DNA of 64,000 nt from an uncultured Chloroflexia bacterium (GTDB lineage Bacteria; Chloroflexota; Ktedonobacteria; Ktedonobacterales; JADMIN01): NCBI GenBank assembly GCA_963785845.1, contig CAWAWP010000001.1, forward strand, positions 313,132 through 377,131. Reading direction: 5' to 3'. The notes under the pieces are model-generated. The model did not search any database. It worked only from the letters and a program-made list of their open reading frames with translations, and was not told where the DNA came from. Position numbers and translations under genes: made by a program. Numbering within the stretch: position 1 is the first letter of the stretch; every line of letters starts with the position of its first letter. Below are positions 36,407 to 45,768 of the stretch, piece by piece.

Positions 36407-37585
36407 ATGCTCACCATGACCCCCAACCTTGCCACCAACGCGCCGTCGGGCATCGTCGTCGACGGCTCCCCGCTCCACGATCTCTTCGTGAGCATCGAGG
36501 CCATCGCCGCACCGGCTACTTTCCCACGCTGGCGCTCGTGGGCCGAGCAAGCGGCACGCAGCTACAGCGAACCGGAACTGCGGCGGTTGCGCCACTGGTT
36601 TGGCGCGCGACTCTGGCTGGGGCGCTCGTACCACGTGCTCGTCCCGTTGCTGGCCGAACCGCGCGACCTTCAGCAGCTCCTGCGCGCATTGGCTGAATTG
36701 CCGCTCGCCGACTTTCTCCGCATCGCGCTGACCGCGGGCATTGTCGATCCCGATGCTCCCATAGGCGCGGAAGATGTCATGGCGCTGATCGCGGCGCCAC
36801 AGCAAGCTCGCGAGTATGTCAAGCGGAATCTACGCGTTTCGGGCCAACTGCGTACGCAGATCCTGCGGACGCTGCGCGACCCAGAGGGTGCCCGCGCCGA
36901 ATTGGTCGCCGTGCTGCGACGGCAGGCCGAGTTACCAGCCTTTGGCGCGCTCATCGAAGAGACCAGTGAGGAGCGCGCACGTGCCACCGACGCGCTGCGC
37001 GCGCTCGCCAGCGGCGGCGTGGACGCGCTACAGCGACGAGTCGCGCGGCACCTGCGAGTCAGCGAGTTCGCGCCGGTGATCTTGGCGCCCTCGGTCTTCC
37101 TGGATGGCAAGATGGGGACGTACTTCCAAGAGGTGTCGCGCTCGCTGCTCGACGGCGTCGACTATGAGCCGCTGGTGTTTCTGGTCGGTACGCAGCGCGC
37201 GCTAGATGCAGACCTGACGGCTTCGCGCGAGACGCCACACGCGAACGACCGGAGAGACGCGCTCGAACAGGCCGCGTCGACCTTTTCCCTGCTCTCCGAT
37301 CCTTCGCGCCTACGGCTGATCGCTCTGCTTGCGCGACGTCCGCACTACGGGCAGGAAATGGCGCTCGCGCTCGGCATGTCTGGGGCGACGATCTCGCACC
37401 ACACGGAACTGCTGCTGAAGGCCGGAGTGTTAGACATCGAGCGCCGCGTGCATCGCACCTACTTCGTCCTTCGCGCCGCGGCAGTTGCCGAGCTACTGCG
37501 CGGCGCCACTTCGACGCTCGCAGACCTGCTTGCCCGCGGAGATGGAAGCCAGGAGGCCGGGGCTGAAAAGGCGGTACGGCGATGA
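36407..37585 (+). CDS. ArsR-family HTH regulator with an uncharacterised N-terminal domain of about 280 aa
   Basis: C-terminal ArsR-type wHTH: FSLLSDPSRLRLIALLARRPHYGQEMALALGMSGATISHHTELLLKAGVL. Its stop overlaps the start of the downstream MFS gene (ATGA). Confidence 0.75.
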   Translation: MLTMTPNLATNAPSGIVVDGSPLHDLFVSIEAIAAPATFPRWRSWAEQAARSYSEPELRRLRHWFGARLWLGRSYHVLVPLLAEPRDLQQLLRALAELPLADFLRIALTAGIVDPDAPIGAEDVMALIAAPQQAREYVKRNLRVSGQLRTQILRTLRDPEGARAELVAVLRRQAELPAFGALIEETSEERARATDALRALASGGVDALQRRVARHLRVSEFAPVILAPSVFLDGKMGTYFQEVSRSLLDGVDYEPLVFLVGTQRALDADLTASRETPHANDRRDALEQAASTFSLLSDPSRLRLIALLARRPHYGQEMALALGMSGATISHHTELLLKAGVLDIERRVHRTYFVLRAAAVAELLRGATSTLADLLARGDGSQEAGAEKAVRR

Positions 37586-38880
37586 GTGTACTCACGGCGC
37601 GGCTGCGGTTCCTACGCGCGTTGCGTTCGCGACCCTTCGCCATGCTCTGGACCGGGCAGACCATCTCGGCACTTGGAGACGGCGCGTTTTCGACGGCGCT
37701 CGCCTGGCAAGTGTTGAAGCTGACCGGCTCGGCGACGGCGATGGGCGCTGTGTTGATCGCGCGAACCATCCCCATGCTGATCTTCCTGCTGATCGGCGGT
37801 GTCGCGGCAGACCGGCTGCCACGTCGACTGGTATTGCTCGCATCGGACGTGGGTCGCGGTCTCTCGGTGCTGGCGGTGGCCGTGCTCGGCTGGGCGCACG
37901 TGTTGCAGCTCTGGCATCTGCTCGCGCTGGGCTTCATCTTCGGCGTCGTTTCTGGCTTCTTCATGCCCACCTACCAATCCATCGCGCCAGAGTTAGTGGC
38001 GACCGAGGATCTGCCGTCCGCCAATAGCCTGTCTGGGCTCAGCCGCCAGATCAGCAGCTTGCTGGGGCCGCTGCTCGGCGCGCTGCTTGTCGCCGCGACT
38101 GGGCCGCAGGGCGCCTTCGCCTTCGATGCGCTCAGTTTCGGCATCTCAGCGCTATTCCTGCTGGCGATGCGCGTGCCGCCGAAGGCCATGGCAGCCTCCC
38201 CTGGCGACGGCGCGGTGCCGCAGGGCACGCCGAAACCGGGCACGCCGAAACGGCGCGGGCCGCGTGGCGTGTTGGCAGACGTGGGCGAGGGGCTGCACTA
38301 CGTCACCAGGTCGAGTTGGCTCTGGGTGACGATCGCCATCGCCTCGGTCGCCAACATGGGGTGGTCCGGCGCGTTGGTGGTGGCGATGCCCAAGCTGATC
38401 CATGACGTCTATCACGCCGACGTGAACCTCTACGGCTTGATTGCGACCGCGGAGGGCGCGGGCGCTATCGTGGCGACGGTGCTCATCGGCCAGGTGAAAC
38501 ACCTGCGCCATCGCGGCATCCTCGCCTATGGCGGACTCGTCGTCGCCGCTGTCGCGCTCGCCACCTACGGCTTGCCGCTGCCGCTGGCGATATTGCCGCG
38601 GGTGGCGCTGGGTGCCAGCGTGGTGATCGGCGCGGCGATGAGCATCTTCGAGGTGGTCTGGGTGACCTCGCTGCAAGAGCTGGTGCCGTCCGATAAGTTG
38701 GGGCGCGTCAGCAGCGTAGACTGGCTCGGCTCGATCAGCTTGGCGCCGATTGGCTATGCGCTGGCGGGCGTCCTCGCCGACGCGGCGGGTCCAGCCTGGG
38801 TCTTCGTCGGCGCGGGCGCGTTGAATGCGCTGCTCTGCGTCCTGGCGTTGATGGTGCCCGGCATTCGTCGGTTGGACTGA
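37582..38880 (+). CDS. MFS transporter (12 TM, EntS/MFS_3-like)
   Basis: N-terminal FAMLWTGQTISALGDGAF and GGVAADRLPRR. Polytopic. Translationally coupled to the ArsR-like gene. Confidence 0.85.
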   Translation: MSVLTARLRFLRALRSRPFAMLWTGQTISALGDGAFSTALAWQVLKLTGSATAMGAVLIARTIPMLIFLLIGGVAADRLPRRLVLLASDVGRGLSVLAVAVLGWAHVLQLWHLLALGFIFGVVSGFFMPTYQSIAPELVATEDLPSANSLSGLSRQISSLLGPLLGALLVAATGPQGAFAFDALSFGISALFLLAMRVPPKAMAASPGDGAVPQGTPKPGTPKRRGPRGVLADVGEGLHYVTRSSWLWVTIAIASVANMGWSGALVVAMPKLIHDVYHADVNLYGLIATAEGAGAIVATVLIGQVKHLRHRGILAYGGLVVAAVALATYGLPLPLAILPRVALGASVVIGAAMSIFEVVWVTSLQELVPSDKLGRVSSVDWLGSISLAPIGYALAGVLADAAGPAWVFVGAGALNALLCVLALMVPGIRRLD

Positions 38881-39043
38881 CGGGCACGGCTGCGACTCGC
38901 TGACGGCAGGTGCTACCGCAGATGCTGCGCTTGCGTAGTACGTGATGCGCAAAGTAGAGGTCGATGCTCCACTTCGAGGCAGCTCAATGGGTTAGAATGC
39001 TGGCGGAGTGTGCATCGTCAGTTCACGGGAGGAGATCATCCAG

Positions 39044-39547
39044 ATGGCAGACCCAACTGAAGAGATGGTGGTCATCGCTTTCCCCGGCGAGCAGCGCGCC
39101 GCCGAGGTGATGCAGTCGCTAAAGCAGCTCAATCACGATCACCTGGTGGACCTGCATAAAGCGGCGATCCTCACGCGCGACGCCAAAGGCGCCATCGGCA
39201 TTCATGAGACTAACGACTTCACGACGAAACAGGGCGTGCTCGGCGGCGCGCTGGCCGGCGGACTCGCCAGCCTCTTCACCGGCGGCAGCGCCGTGAAGGA
39301 TGCGCTGCTCGGTGCGGGCGCGGGCTACCTCGCGGGACGGGTGATTGACCTTGGGTTTCCCGACGCCTGGCTGAAAGAGATCGCCCAGTCACTGCAACCC
39401 GGAAGCTCGGCGATCGTCGCGGCGTTGCAGTTCGAGCACGTCGATCAGGCGATTCAGACCTTGAGCCAATTCCACGGCGGCACCATCATCCGGCAGACGC
39501 TGCCCGCCGACGTGGCCGCGAAGCTCCAGGCCGCGCTGCAAGGGTAA
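39044..39547 (+). CDS. DUF1269-like membrane protein
   Basis: MVVIAFPGEQRAAEVMQSLKQLNHDHLVDLHKAAILTRD followed by a Gly-rich TM segment GVLGGALAGGLASLF. Start at ATG 39044 after GGGAGGAG. Confidence 0.65.
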   Translation: MADPTEEMVVIAFPGEQRAAEVMQSLKQLNHDHLVDLHKAAILTRDAKGAIGIHETNDFTTKQGVLGGALAGGLASLFTGGSAVKDALLGAGAGYLAGRVIDLGFPDAWLKEIAQSLQPGSSAIVAALQFEHVDQAIQTLSQFHGGTIIRQTLPADVAAKLQAALQG

Positions 39548-39933
39548 CGGGCGCGGGGATCAAGGAGTCTCGGCGCTAGGCGTGTCGGAGACGTGCTCGC
39601 GGGAAATGCGCCGTTTCCCGGGTGGGACCGTACGGCACAATCAACCGGCACGCCTACAACCTTTTTCGCCGCCGCAGCGCATGCGGTCTTCTGGCGTGTC
39701 GGCGATATACAAACGTCGCGCGCAACCCGCTTGCGACGGTGACTCGCTCGCCAGCATCGAAGGTGGCGCCGATGACGAGGCGATGATCTCTGCGCTGGCA
39801 GCAGCCAGCCATCAGATCTTCCTCGATGAGACAAACAGGGACGACTAGGGGCGGGAGGGTCCTGCCCAGCCCACCCCAGCAGTATCGTCGCGGAGTTGGC
39901 TCGGCGGGCTACTCCCGCACCCGTGCGTGATCG

Positions 39934-41709
39934 CTAGTGCGCGGCAGGAACCGCCGAGAGCCGCGACTTGAGCGCCGCGCGCTCGGCAGCGATGGCGGCG
40001 GGCAAGTGCGAGCCGAATTCGGCGAAGAACTCGCCTTGTTCCTGCCACTCGCCTTCCCAGGCGCGCGGATCCACCGAGAGCAGCGCCTCGACCGTGCGCG
40101 GGGCCAGATCGAGCCCGTCAAGGTTCAGCGATTCCGGCGTGGGGACGTTGCCGATCGGTGTCTCGCGCGCCTGGGCGCTGCCGTGGATGCGGCCATGCAT
40201 CCATTGGAGCACGCGCACGTTGTCGCCGAAGCCAGGCCAGAGGAAAGCGCCATCGTCGCCTTTGCGGAACCAGTTCACGTGGAATATCGCCGGTGGATTG
40301 CTAAGCCGCTGCCCCATGTCGAGCCAGTGCTGCCAGTAGTCGCCCATGTTATAGCCACAGAAGGGCAACATCGCCATCGGGTCGTTGCGCGTCTCGCCGA
40401 CGGCATCGGTGGAGGCAGCAGTGGTCTCAGAGCGCATCGAAGCGCCGATGTAGACGCCGTGCTGCCAGTCGAACGACTGGTATACCAGCGGCGCAACGTG
40501 CGCGCGACGTCCGCCGAAGATGAACGCGGAGATCGGCACTCCCTGGGGATCCTCCCAGTGCGGCGAGAGCGACGGACACTGCGCCGCGGGCGCCGTGAAG
40601 CGCGAATTGGGATGGGCGACCGGCACGTCCTCAGACTCCCACGGATGGCCGAGCCAGTTGAGCGTGCCGGCGGGCGGCGTCGCGTGATCCGGGTCGATGC
40701 CTTGCCACCAGGGTAGGCCGTCTGGGGTGAGGCCGACGTTGGTGAAGATCGTATTGCGCGAAAGCGCGGCCATCGCGTTGGGGTTGGAATGGGTGTTGGT
40801 GCCGGGGGCGACGCCGAAGAAGCCATTCTCAGGATTGACGGCCCACAGGCGGCCATCTTCTCCGATGCGCATCCAGGCGATGTCGTCACCGACCGTCGAG
40901 ACGCGCCAGCCTTGATCGGCGAGCGGCGAAACGAGCATCGCGAGGTTGGTCTTGCCGCAGGCGCTGGGGAAGGCGGCGGCCATATAGGTGACGTTGCCGG
41001 TGGGATCTTCGAGGCCGAGGATCAGCATGTGCTCGGCCATCCAGCCTTCTTTCCAGCCCTGATAGCTGGCGAGCCGGAGCGAAAGACACTTCTTGCCGAG
41101 CAGTGCGTTGCCGCCGTAGCCCGAGCCGAAGCTCCAGACAAGCCGCTCTTCGGGGAAGTGCATGATCCAGCGTCGTTCGGGGTCGAGCTCGCCGATGGAG
41201 TGCAGGCCGGGATAGAATTCGCCGCCATTCTTCTCAAGCGCGTCGAGCGCGATCTGCCCCATGCGCGTGGTGATGCGCAAGTTGGCGACGACGTACGCGC
41301 TGTCGGTGATCTCGACGCCGACCTTGGCCTGGGGCGAACCCGCGGGGCCCATCAGATAGGGCACGACGTACATGGTGCGCCCGCGCATGCAACCGTCGAA
41401 GAGCGGGCGGAGCATCGCTTTGGCCTCATCGGGAGCCATCCAGTTGTTTGTAGGTCCGGCATCTTCCTGGCGCGACGTGCAGATGTAGGTCAGGTCTTCA
41501 GTGCGCGCGACGTCCGTCGGGCTGCTGCGGTGTAGGTAGGAGTTGGGGTAGGCGGTTTCGTTGACTTGGATGAACTCGCCGCTGCGCAGCATTCCTTCGA
41601 CCAGGCGCTGATATTCGGCTTCGGAGCCGTCGCACCAGACGACCTGGTCGGGGCGCGTGAGTTTGGCGCAATCTTCCACCCAGGTCTCAAGCAGCGATGT
41701 CCCAGGCAT
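39934..41709 (-). CDS. pckG: Phosphoenolpyruvate carboxykinase (GTP)
   Basis: Motifs FPSACGKTNLAML, WMAEHMLILG, VNWFRKGDDGAFLWPGFGDN. Start trimmed to ATG 41709 (MPGTSLLETW) after GAGGAG. The ORF-track extension to 42165 is not protein-like. Confidence 0.9.
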   Translation of the reverse strand: MPGTSLLETWVEDCAKLTRPDQVVWCDGSEAEYQRLVEGMLRSGEFIQVNETAYPNSYLHRSSPTDVARTEDLTYICTSRQEDAGPTNNWMAPDEAKAMLRPLFDGCMRGRTMYVVPYLMGPAGSPQAKVGVEITDSAYVVANLRITTRMGQIALDALEKNGGEFYPGLHSIGELDPERRWIMHFPEERLVWSFGSGYGGNALLGKKCLSLRLASYQGWKEGWMAEHMLILGLEDPTGNVTYMAAAFPSACGKTNLAMLVSPLADQGWRVSTVGDDIAWMRIGEDGRLWAVNPENGFFGVAPGTNTHSNPNAMAALSRNTIFTNVGLTPDGLPWWQGIDPDHATPPAGTLNWLGHPWESEDVPVAHPNSRFTAPAAQCPSLSPHWEDPQGVPISAFIFGGRRAHVAPLVYQSFDWQHGVYIGASMRSETTAASTDAVGETRNDPMAMLPFCGYNMGDYWQHWLDMGQRLSNPPAIFHVNWFRKGDDGAFLWPGFGDNVRVLQWMHGRIHGSAQARETPIGNVPTPESLNLDGLDLAPRTVEALLSVDPRAWEGEWQEQGEFFAEFGSHLPAAIAAERAALKSRLSAVPAAH

Positions 41710-42000
41710 GTCTCTGTTTCTCCTCATCATTGATGGATGCGGGGCGCGATCGCGACGCTGCGATCCGCTCCGAGTCGGCGCGTAATGTCTCAGTGCGCGA
41801 TGGGCATAGCGGGCGGTCGCGGCCCCTTCGCTACCGTGAAGCCTACCATTTGACCGCAAGGGACGCAAGCAGCGAGCGGCAGGTGATGCCTCTGTGACAC
41901 CGCGTCGTGTCAGGGTGGCGCCGTAGTTCTTGCGCGTGGCGTCGCTGCTCGCAAGGTTCTCATGTGCTGGTGCAGCGCGCAACATTTTCCTACCAGGAAC

Positions 42001-42020
42001 AATTTCCGTTTTCTTCCGCT
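42001..42020. repeat. Third copy of the invariant 20-mer AATTTCCGTTTTCTTCCGCT
   Basis: Identical to 4673..4692 and 17288..17307, in the same orientation. It lies 292 nt upstream of the pckG start on the opposite strand. Confidence 0.8.
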
Positions 42021-42443
42021 CTTGTAACTGTTCGGGCAGCGTTGCGGAGCAGGCGTAGTATGGGCGCATGATCGCCACACAGACGGATCGCCCGACTCGA
42101 AGCTGAGAACGCGCGGGTGTCGGTGCTGCACAGCGATGAGAACGACGTGCGCCACGCCGGGGCACTCGCCTGGGCGCATGTCGCCACTACCGAGCGGCTG
42201 ACCCGCTATGCCATCCACACCAGGCGCGGGAACGAAACGACGCGCGTCATGGGAGCCTTGCCCCGGTTCCGCTGTGTGAATGTCCACGACGGCTGCGTCG
42301 CCTATCGCGTACACGCCAACTGCCGCCATACGCTTCCACGCTGCGTAAGCAAGGCTCGGCCCTCTTGGCCGCCCGCGAAGCGCTTTTCATCGGGCAGCCG
42401 CTCTACCCCGCGTTTGCCTGAACCATTACTGGAGGTGTCGCCA

Positions 42444-42824
42444 ATGCACAAGGCTCCGCACATCCCCCTCCTCGTGTCTGCCCTCGTGCTTCTGGCGGCG
42501 TGTGGCAATGCCGCGACGGCCCAGCCCTACACCAACATGCACACGATCACGGCAATCAGCGCCAAGGTTGGCGCCTATTACCTCGAGACGAGTCCTACGA
42601 TCGCGACCGTGCAGGCACTCCTCAGCGATGGACCGACCGCTGAGCCGATGAATATCGTCGCCCTCGATGGACACTTTCACAAGGGCACGCTCATGGCTAC
42701 TCATCTGTCGTTTTCCATGCTTGCAGATGGCAGCAAGGTCTGGGCGATCCTCGCCACGGATGATCAGTACTCCAGCACGCACACACCTGTGTGGCTTGAT
42801 GACACGATCCCCATCACGCTGTGA
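42444..42824 (+). CDS. Small lipoprotein (126 aa)
   Basis: Signal peptide with lipobox: MHKAPHIPLLVSALVLLAAC. ATG at 42444 after GGAGGTG. The ORF-track extension from 42117 is unlikely to be translated. Confidence 0.6.
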   Translation: MHKAPHIPLLVSALVLLAACGNAATAQPYTNMHTITAISAKVGAYYLETSPTIATVQALLSDGPTAEPMNIVALDGHFHKGTLMATHLSFSMLADGSKVWAILATDDQYSSTHTPVWLDDTIPITL

Positions 42825-43069
42825 GTAGGTGCATCTCCTGCCTGCGCCCGTCGTGTCCACCGAGGTCGGCCTTGCATTGCGAGTCTGCCTGAATAGTTAC
42901 CTGCTTTTTCGGTAGGCGGTTCTTCAGGGAGCGTTCGAAGGTCTGTCGCCCCCTTCTCGCGTGGAGGGGTGGCCTTTCCCATTGGGGTACGTCGCGCGAG
43001 GGCGGTGTACGCGGCGCGATCGATTCAACCGAGCCGCAGCGGAACTGCTGTCCTCGCCGAACTGAAATT

Positions 43070-43738
43070 TTAGCGGGCAAACAGTTTCCAATGCCCCTCT
43101 GAGACGACCTCGACGGTGCCGTCGACGACTTTGATGGCGGTCTCGTCGTCGATCGCATACGCCGGACCCCCGAGCCCGCCCGCCCATTTTTCTGCGGCGG
43201 CCATGGTGTTCTCCGGCAAATCGGGGTGATCCACATGCGGGAAGATTGAGAAGTCGACGATGCCCAGCGTGCTGTCGTCACCGGTCGGCGGCTTCCAGCC
43301 GACGAAGTCTTCCCCGATACGGGGGGTCATTACCATGCTCCCGGCGCTGAATCCCACCCAGACCGTCTCTTCCAGCGACGGCAGGAGGTCCGCCAGCCCG
43401 GATTGCCGCATCCAATGGCATAGGTACAGCGCGTCGCCGCCATTCACCAGCAGGGCGTCGGTCTCTCGGACCCACGGAACCCAGCGTTCTGCACCGATGC
43501 TAGGCAGCGCGGTGAGCTCGAGCACTCCCAAGGACTTCCAACCCAGCTCGCACATAGGTTGAGCGGACTGTCCGCTGATGAAACGCCATGGCCCGGCAGG
43601 ACTGCCATAGGGGTTTCCGTACCCCGCAGTGGGGATGCAGAGCGCGCTGGAGTCGGCAATCGGTTTACCCAGCAGGTCGACCAGCGCGTTGTGGATGCTG
43701 GTGTTCTTGATGCCAGCGGAAGTGAGCAGAAGTCGCAT
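43070..43738 (-). CDS. Peptidase E-like / S51-family (class-I glutamine-amidotransferase-like) protein
   Basis: MRLLLTSAGI..., LLVNGGDALYL, VWVGFSAGSMVMTP (nucleophile Ser context). Start trimmed to ATG 43738 after AGGAG; the ORF track begins at 43837. Confidence 0.7.
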   Translation of the reverse strand: MRLLLTSAGIKNTSIHNALVDLLGKPIADSSALCIPTAGYGNPYGSPAGPWRFISGQSAQPMCELGWKSLGVLELTALPSIGAERWVPWVRETDALLVNGGDALYLCHWMRQSGLADLLPSLEETVWVGFSAGSMVMTPRIGEDFVGWKPPTGDDSTLGIVDFSIFPHVDHPDLPENTMAAAEKWAGGLGGPAYAIDDETAIKVVDGTVEVVSEGHWKLFAR

Positions 43739-43806
43739 GCTGATTCTCCTAGCGTACGTTTCAATCACCGGCGGCCTACGCGACTGGAAACCTGCGCACA
43801 TACATG

Positions 43807-43836
43807 TGAAGATATGTTCTAGTCGAGAGTATAGCA
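43807..43836 (-). promoter_or_regulatory. Extended -10 promoter (TGCTATACT) followed by the GAAC-N4-GTTC-like box TAGAACATATCTTCA
   Basis: On the minus strand, TGCTATACT is at 43836..43828. The box is at 43820..43807 (plus-strand TGAAGATATGTTCT). It lies about 70-100 nt upstream of the S51 peptidase start. Confidence 0.45.
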
Positions 43837-43934
43837 CAAAGCGGTAACAGTCCGGCGCGTTCTATACTGTGAGGGAGCCTTCCGCGGCGCGCTGCTGAGA
43901 GGGTGCGCTACTGTGTCGGGAAAGAGGGGCGTGC

Positions 43935-45251
43935 GTGGAGGTTCCGGGAGAGGACGAGATCGCGGCGCTGGTCGAGGATACGACAGCTTCCGAACACGAC
44001 GCCTACGCCGCGCTGCGCTATCGAGACTTCCGGCTGTTGCTTCTGGGTCGCTTCGCCGCGACGCTTGGCGAGCAGATGCTCACTGTGGCGCTGGGTTGGG
44101 AACTCTACGAGCGCACCGGATCGGCCTTCGCGCTGGGGCTCGTCGGGCTCGTGCAGATGCTGCCGGTGCTCGCGTTCTCGCTGCCGGCGGGGCACTTAGC
44201 GGATCGCCACAATCGCCTGCACATCGTCATCGTGACGGATGCGCTATTGGCGCTTGGCGCGCTGGCCCTCTTCGCGCTCTCGGCGACGGAGGGTCCGCTG
44301 CCGCTGTATTACGCGGCGATCCTCCTGTTGGGGGTGGCGCAGGCATTCAACGATCCCGCTGGGTCGACGCTGCTGCCGCAGATCGTGCCCGCGCAGACCT
44401 TCGCCAACGCGGCAACCTGGTCGAGCAGTTCGTTCCAGCTGGCTGCGGTGTCGGGTCCGGCGCTCGCCGGCGTCTTGATCGCCATCACCACGCGCTCGAC
44501 GATCATCTACGCGCTGTACGCGGCGCTCGGCGTCTGCGTCGTCGGGCTGCTGCTGCTGATTCGCACGCCCGCCCCGCCGCGCGTCATTTCGAAGGCATCG
44601 ACGGTACAGTCGCTGCTTGAGGGGCTTGGATTCCTGCGGCGTACCCGCGTGATTGTGGGCGCGATTACGCTCGACATGTTCGCCGTGGCGTTTGGTGGCG
44701 CGGTGACGCTGCTGCCGATCTTCGCGACGACGGTGCTGCATTCAGGGGCGACCGGACTCGGCCTGTTGCGCGCGGCCCCAGCGGTTGGCGCGCTGCTCAT
44801 GGCCTTCGCGCAGGCGTACCTACCGCCACTGCGACGCGCGGGTCGCACGCTGTTGCTAGCGGTCGGCGGCTTCGGGCTGGCGACGATCGTGTTCGGGCTC
44901 TCGCGCTCGTTCCTGCTCTCACTGCTGATGCTGGCGCTGCTCGGCGCGCTGGACAACGTCAGCGTCGTGATCCGCTCGACGCTGCTGCTGACGCGCGTGC
45001 CGGATGCCATGCGCGGGCGCGTCGCGTCGGTCAACAGCATCTTCATCGGCGCGTCAAATCAACTCGGCGGCTTCGAGTCGGGGAGCGTTGCGGCGCTGAT
45101 CGGACCCGTAGGTTCGGTGGTAACAGGTGGCATCGGCACGCTGGTGGTAGTCGGAGCGGTGGCGCTGCTCTGGCCGGAGCTACGGCGTCTGGCGCGGCTC
45201 GACGGCTCGGACGAGGGGGTTGTGCCGGTGCTGGTCTCCGAAGTGGAGTGA
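43935..45251 (+). CDS. MFS transporter (12 TM)
   Basis: YRDFRLLLLGRFAATLGEQM and AGHLADRHNR, with polytopic hydrophobic segments throughout. The start is uncertain. Confidence 0.8.
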   Translation: MEVPGEDEIAALVEDTTASEHDAYAALRYRDFRLLLLGRFAATLGEQMLTVALGWELYERTGSAFALGLVGLVQMLPVLAFSLPAGHLADRHNRLHIVIVTDALLALGALALFALSATEGPLPLYYAAILLLGVAQAFNDPAGSTLLPQIVPAQTFANAATWSSSSFQLAAVSGPALAGVLIAITTRSTIIYALYAALGVCVVGLLLLIRTPAPPRVISKASTVQSLLEGLGFLRRTRVIVGAITLDMFAVAFGGAVTLLPIFATTVLHSGATGLGLLRAAPAVGALLMAFAQAYLPPLRRAGRTLLLAVGGFGLATIVFGLSRSFLLSLLMLALLGALDNVSVVIRSTLLLTRVPDAMRGRVASVNSIFIGASNQLGGFESGSVAALIGPVGSVVTGGIGTLVVVGAVALLWPELRRLARLDGSDEGVVPVLVSEVE

Positions 45252-45742
45252 TGAGGACGACGTTTGTGATCCAACAAGACGCACAGCCGGAGCACGCATC
45301 TCACGGGCGGTGGCGCGTCTGGCTCCGCCGTGGCTGGCCGGTGCTGGTCGCCGTAGCAATCCTCTGGTTTCCGTTCGATTGGTTGGCGACAGTCTGGCCC
45401 GCGTTTGGCACGCCGTTTCGGGTGGTGTTTCGCACTGCCCAAACGCACTTCGTCGGGCATACCACGTTCTTCTTCGTCGTGGGCATGATAGCCCTGACGT
45501 ACTTCCCGCGCCTGCGCCGCCAGCCGCTCGCCTATTTCGCGGCGCTGGTGGCGTGCGCGCTCGTCCAGGAGACGGTGCAGGCCATCTTTCGTGGCGAGAT
45601 GCCGACCTATACGGACTTCAACGCGTTCACCGGCGACGCGCTTGGCGGCGCGCTGGCGTTCGCACTTTGGACGTTCATCCGCTTCATCGGACGCGGACGA
45701 AAATCCGACGCCGCGCGTGAAGCGGATGCGTCAATTCGCTGA
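45248..45742 (+). CDS. Small membrane protein (possibly VanZ-like)
   Basis: Four hydrophobic segments. Its start overlaps the stop of the upstream MFS gene. The family assignment is weak. Confidence 0.45.
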   Translation: MMRTTFVIQQDAQPEHASHGRWRVWLRRGWPVLVAVAILWFPFDWLATVWPAFGTPFRVVFRTAQTHFVGHTTFFFVVGMIALTYFPRLRRQPLAYFAALVACALVQETVQAIFRGEMPTYTDFNAFTGDALGGALAFALWTFIRFIGRGRKSDAAREADASIR

Positions 45743-45768
45743 GGTCCGCCCGGCGCTCGTCCGGTAGG

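Noticed and set aside
39582-39848. The track ORF (88 aa) between the DUF1269 gene and pckG has a C-terminal part (GDSLASIEGGADDEAMISALAAASHQIFLDE) that looks mildly coding-like.
   Set aside because: The N-terminal two-thirds are Arg/Pro-rich noise. There is no SD-linked start for the coding-like part and no family resemblance. It is possibly a gene remnant.
39934-42165. The ORF track shows a 743-aa ORF for PEPCK, and similarly long 5' extensions for 55116..57923, 43070..43837, 9659..10534 and 57455..58462.
   Set aside because: The N-terminal extensions are Arg/Pro/Ala-rich, non-protein-like read-through typical of high-GC DNA. Each gene has an internal ATG/GTG with a good SD at the point where family-typical sequence begins. 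Some extensions overlap neighbouring genes.
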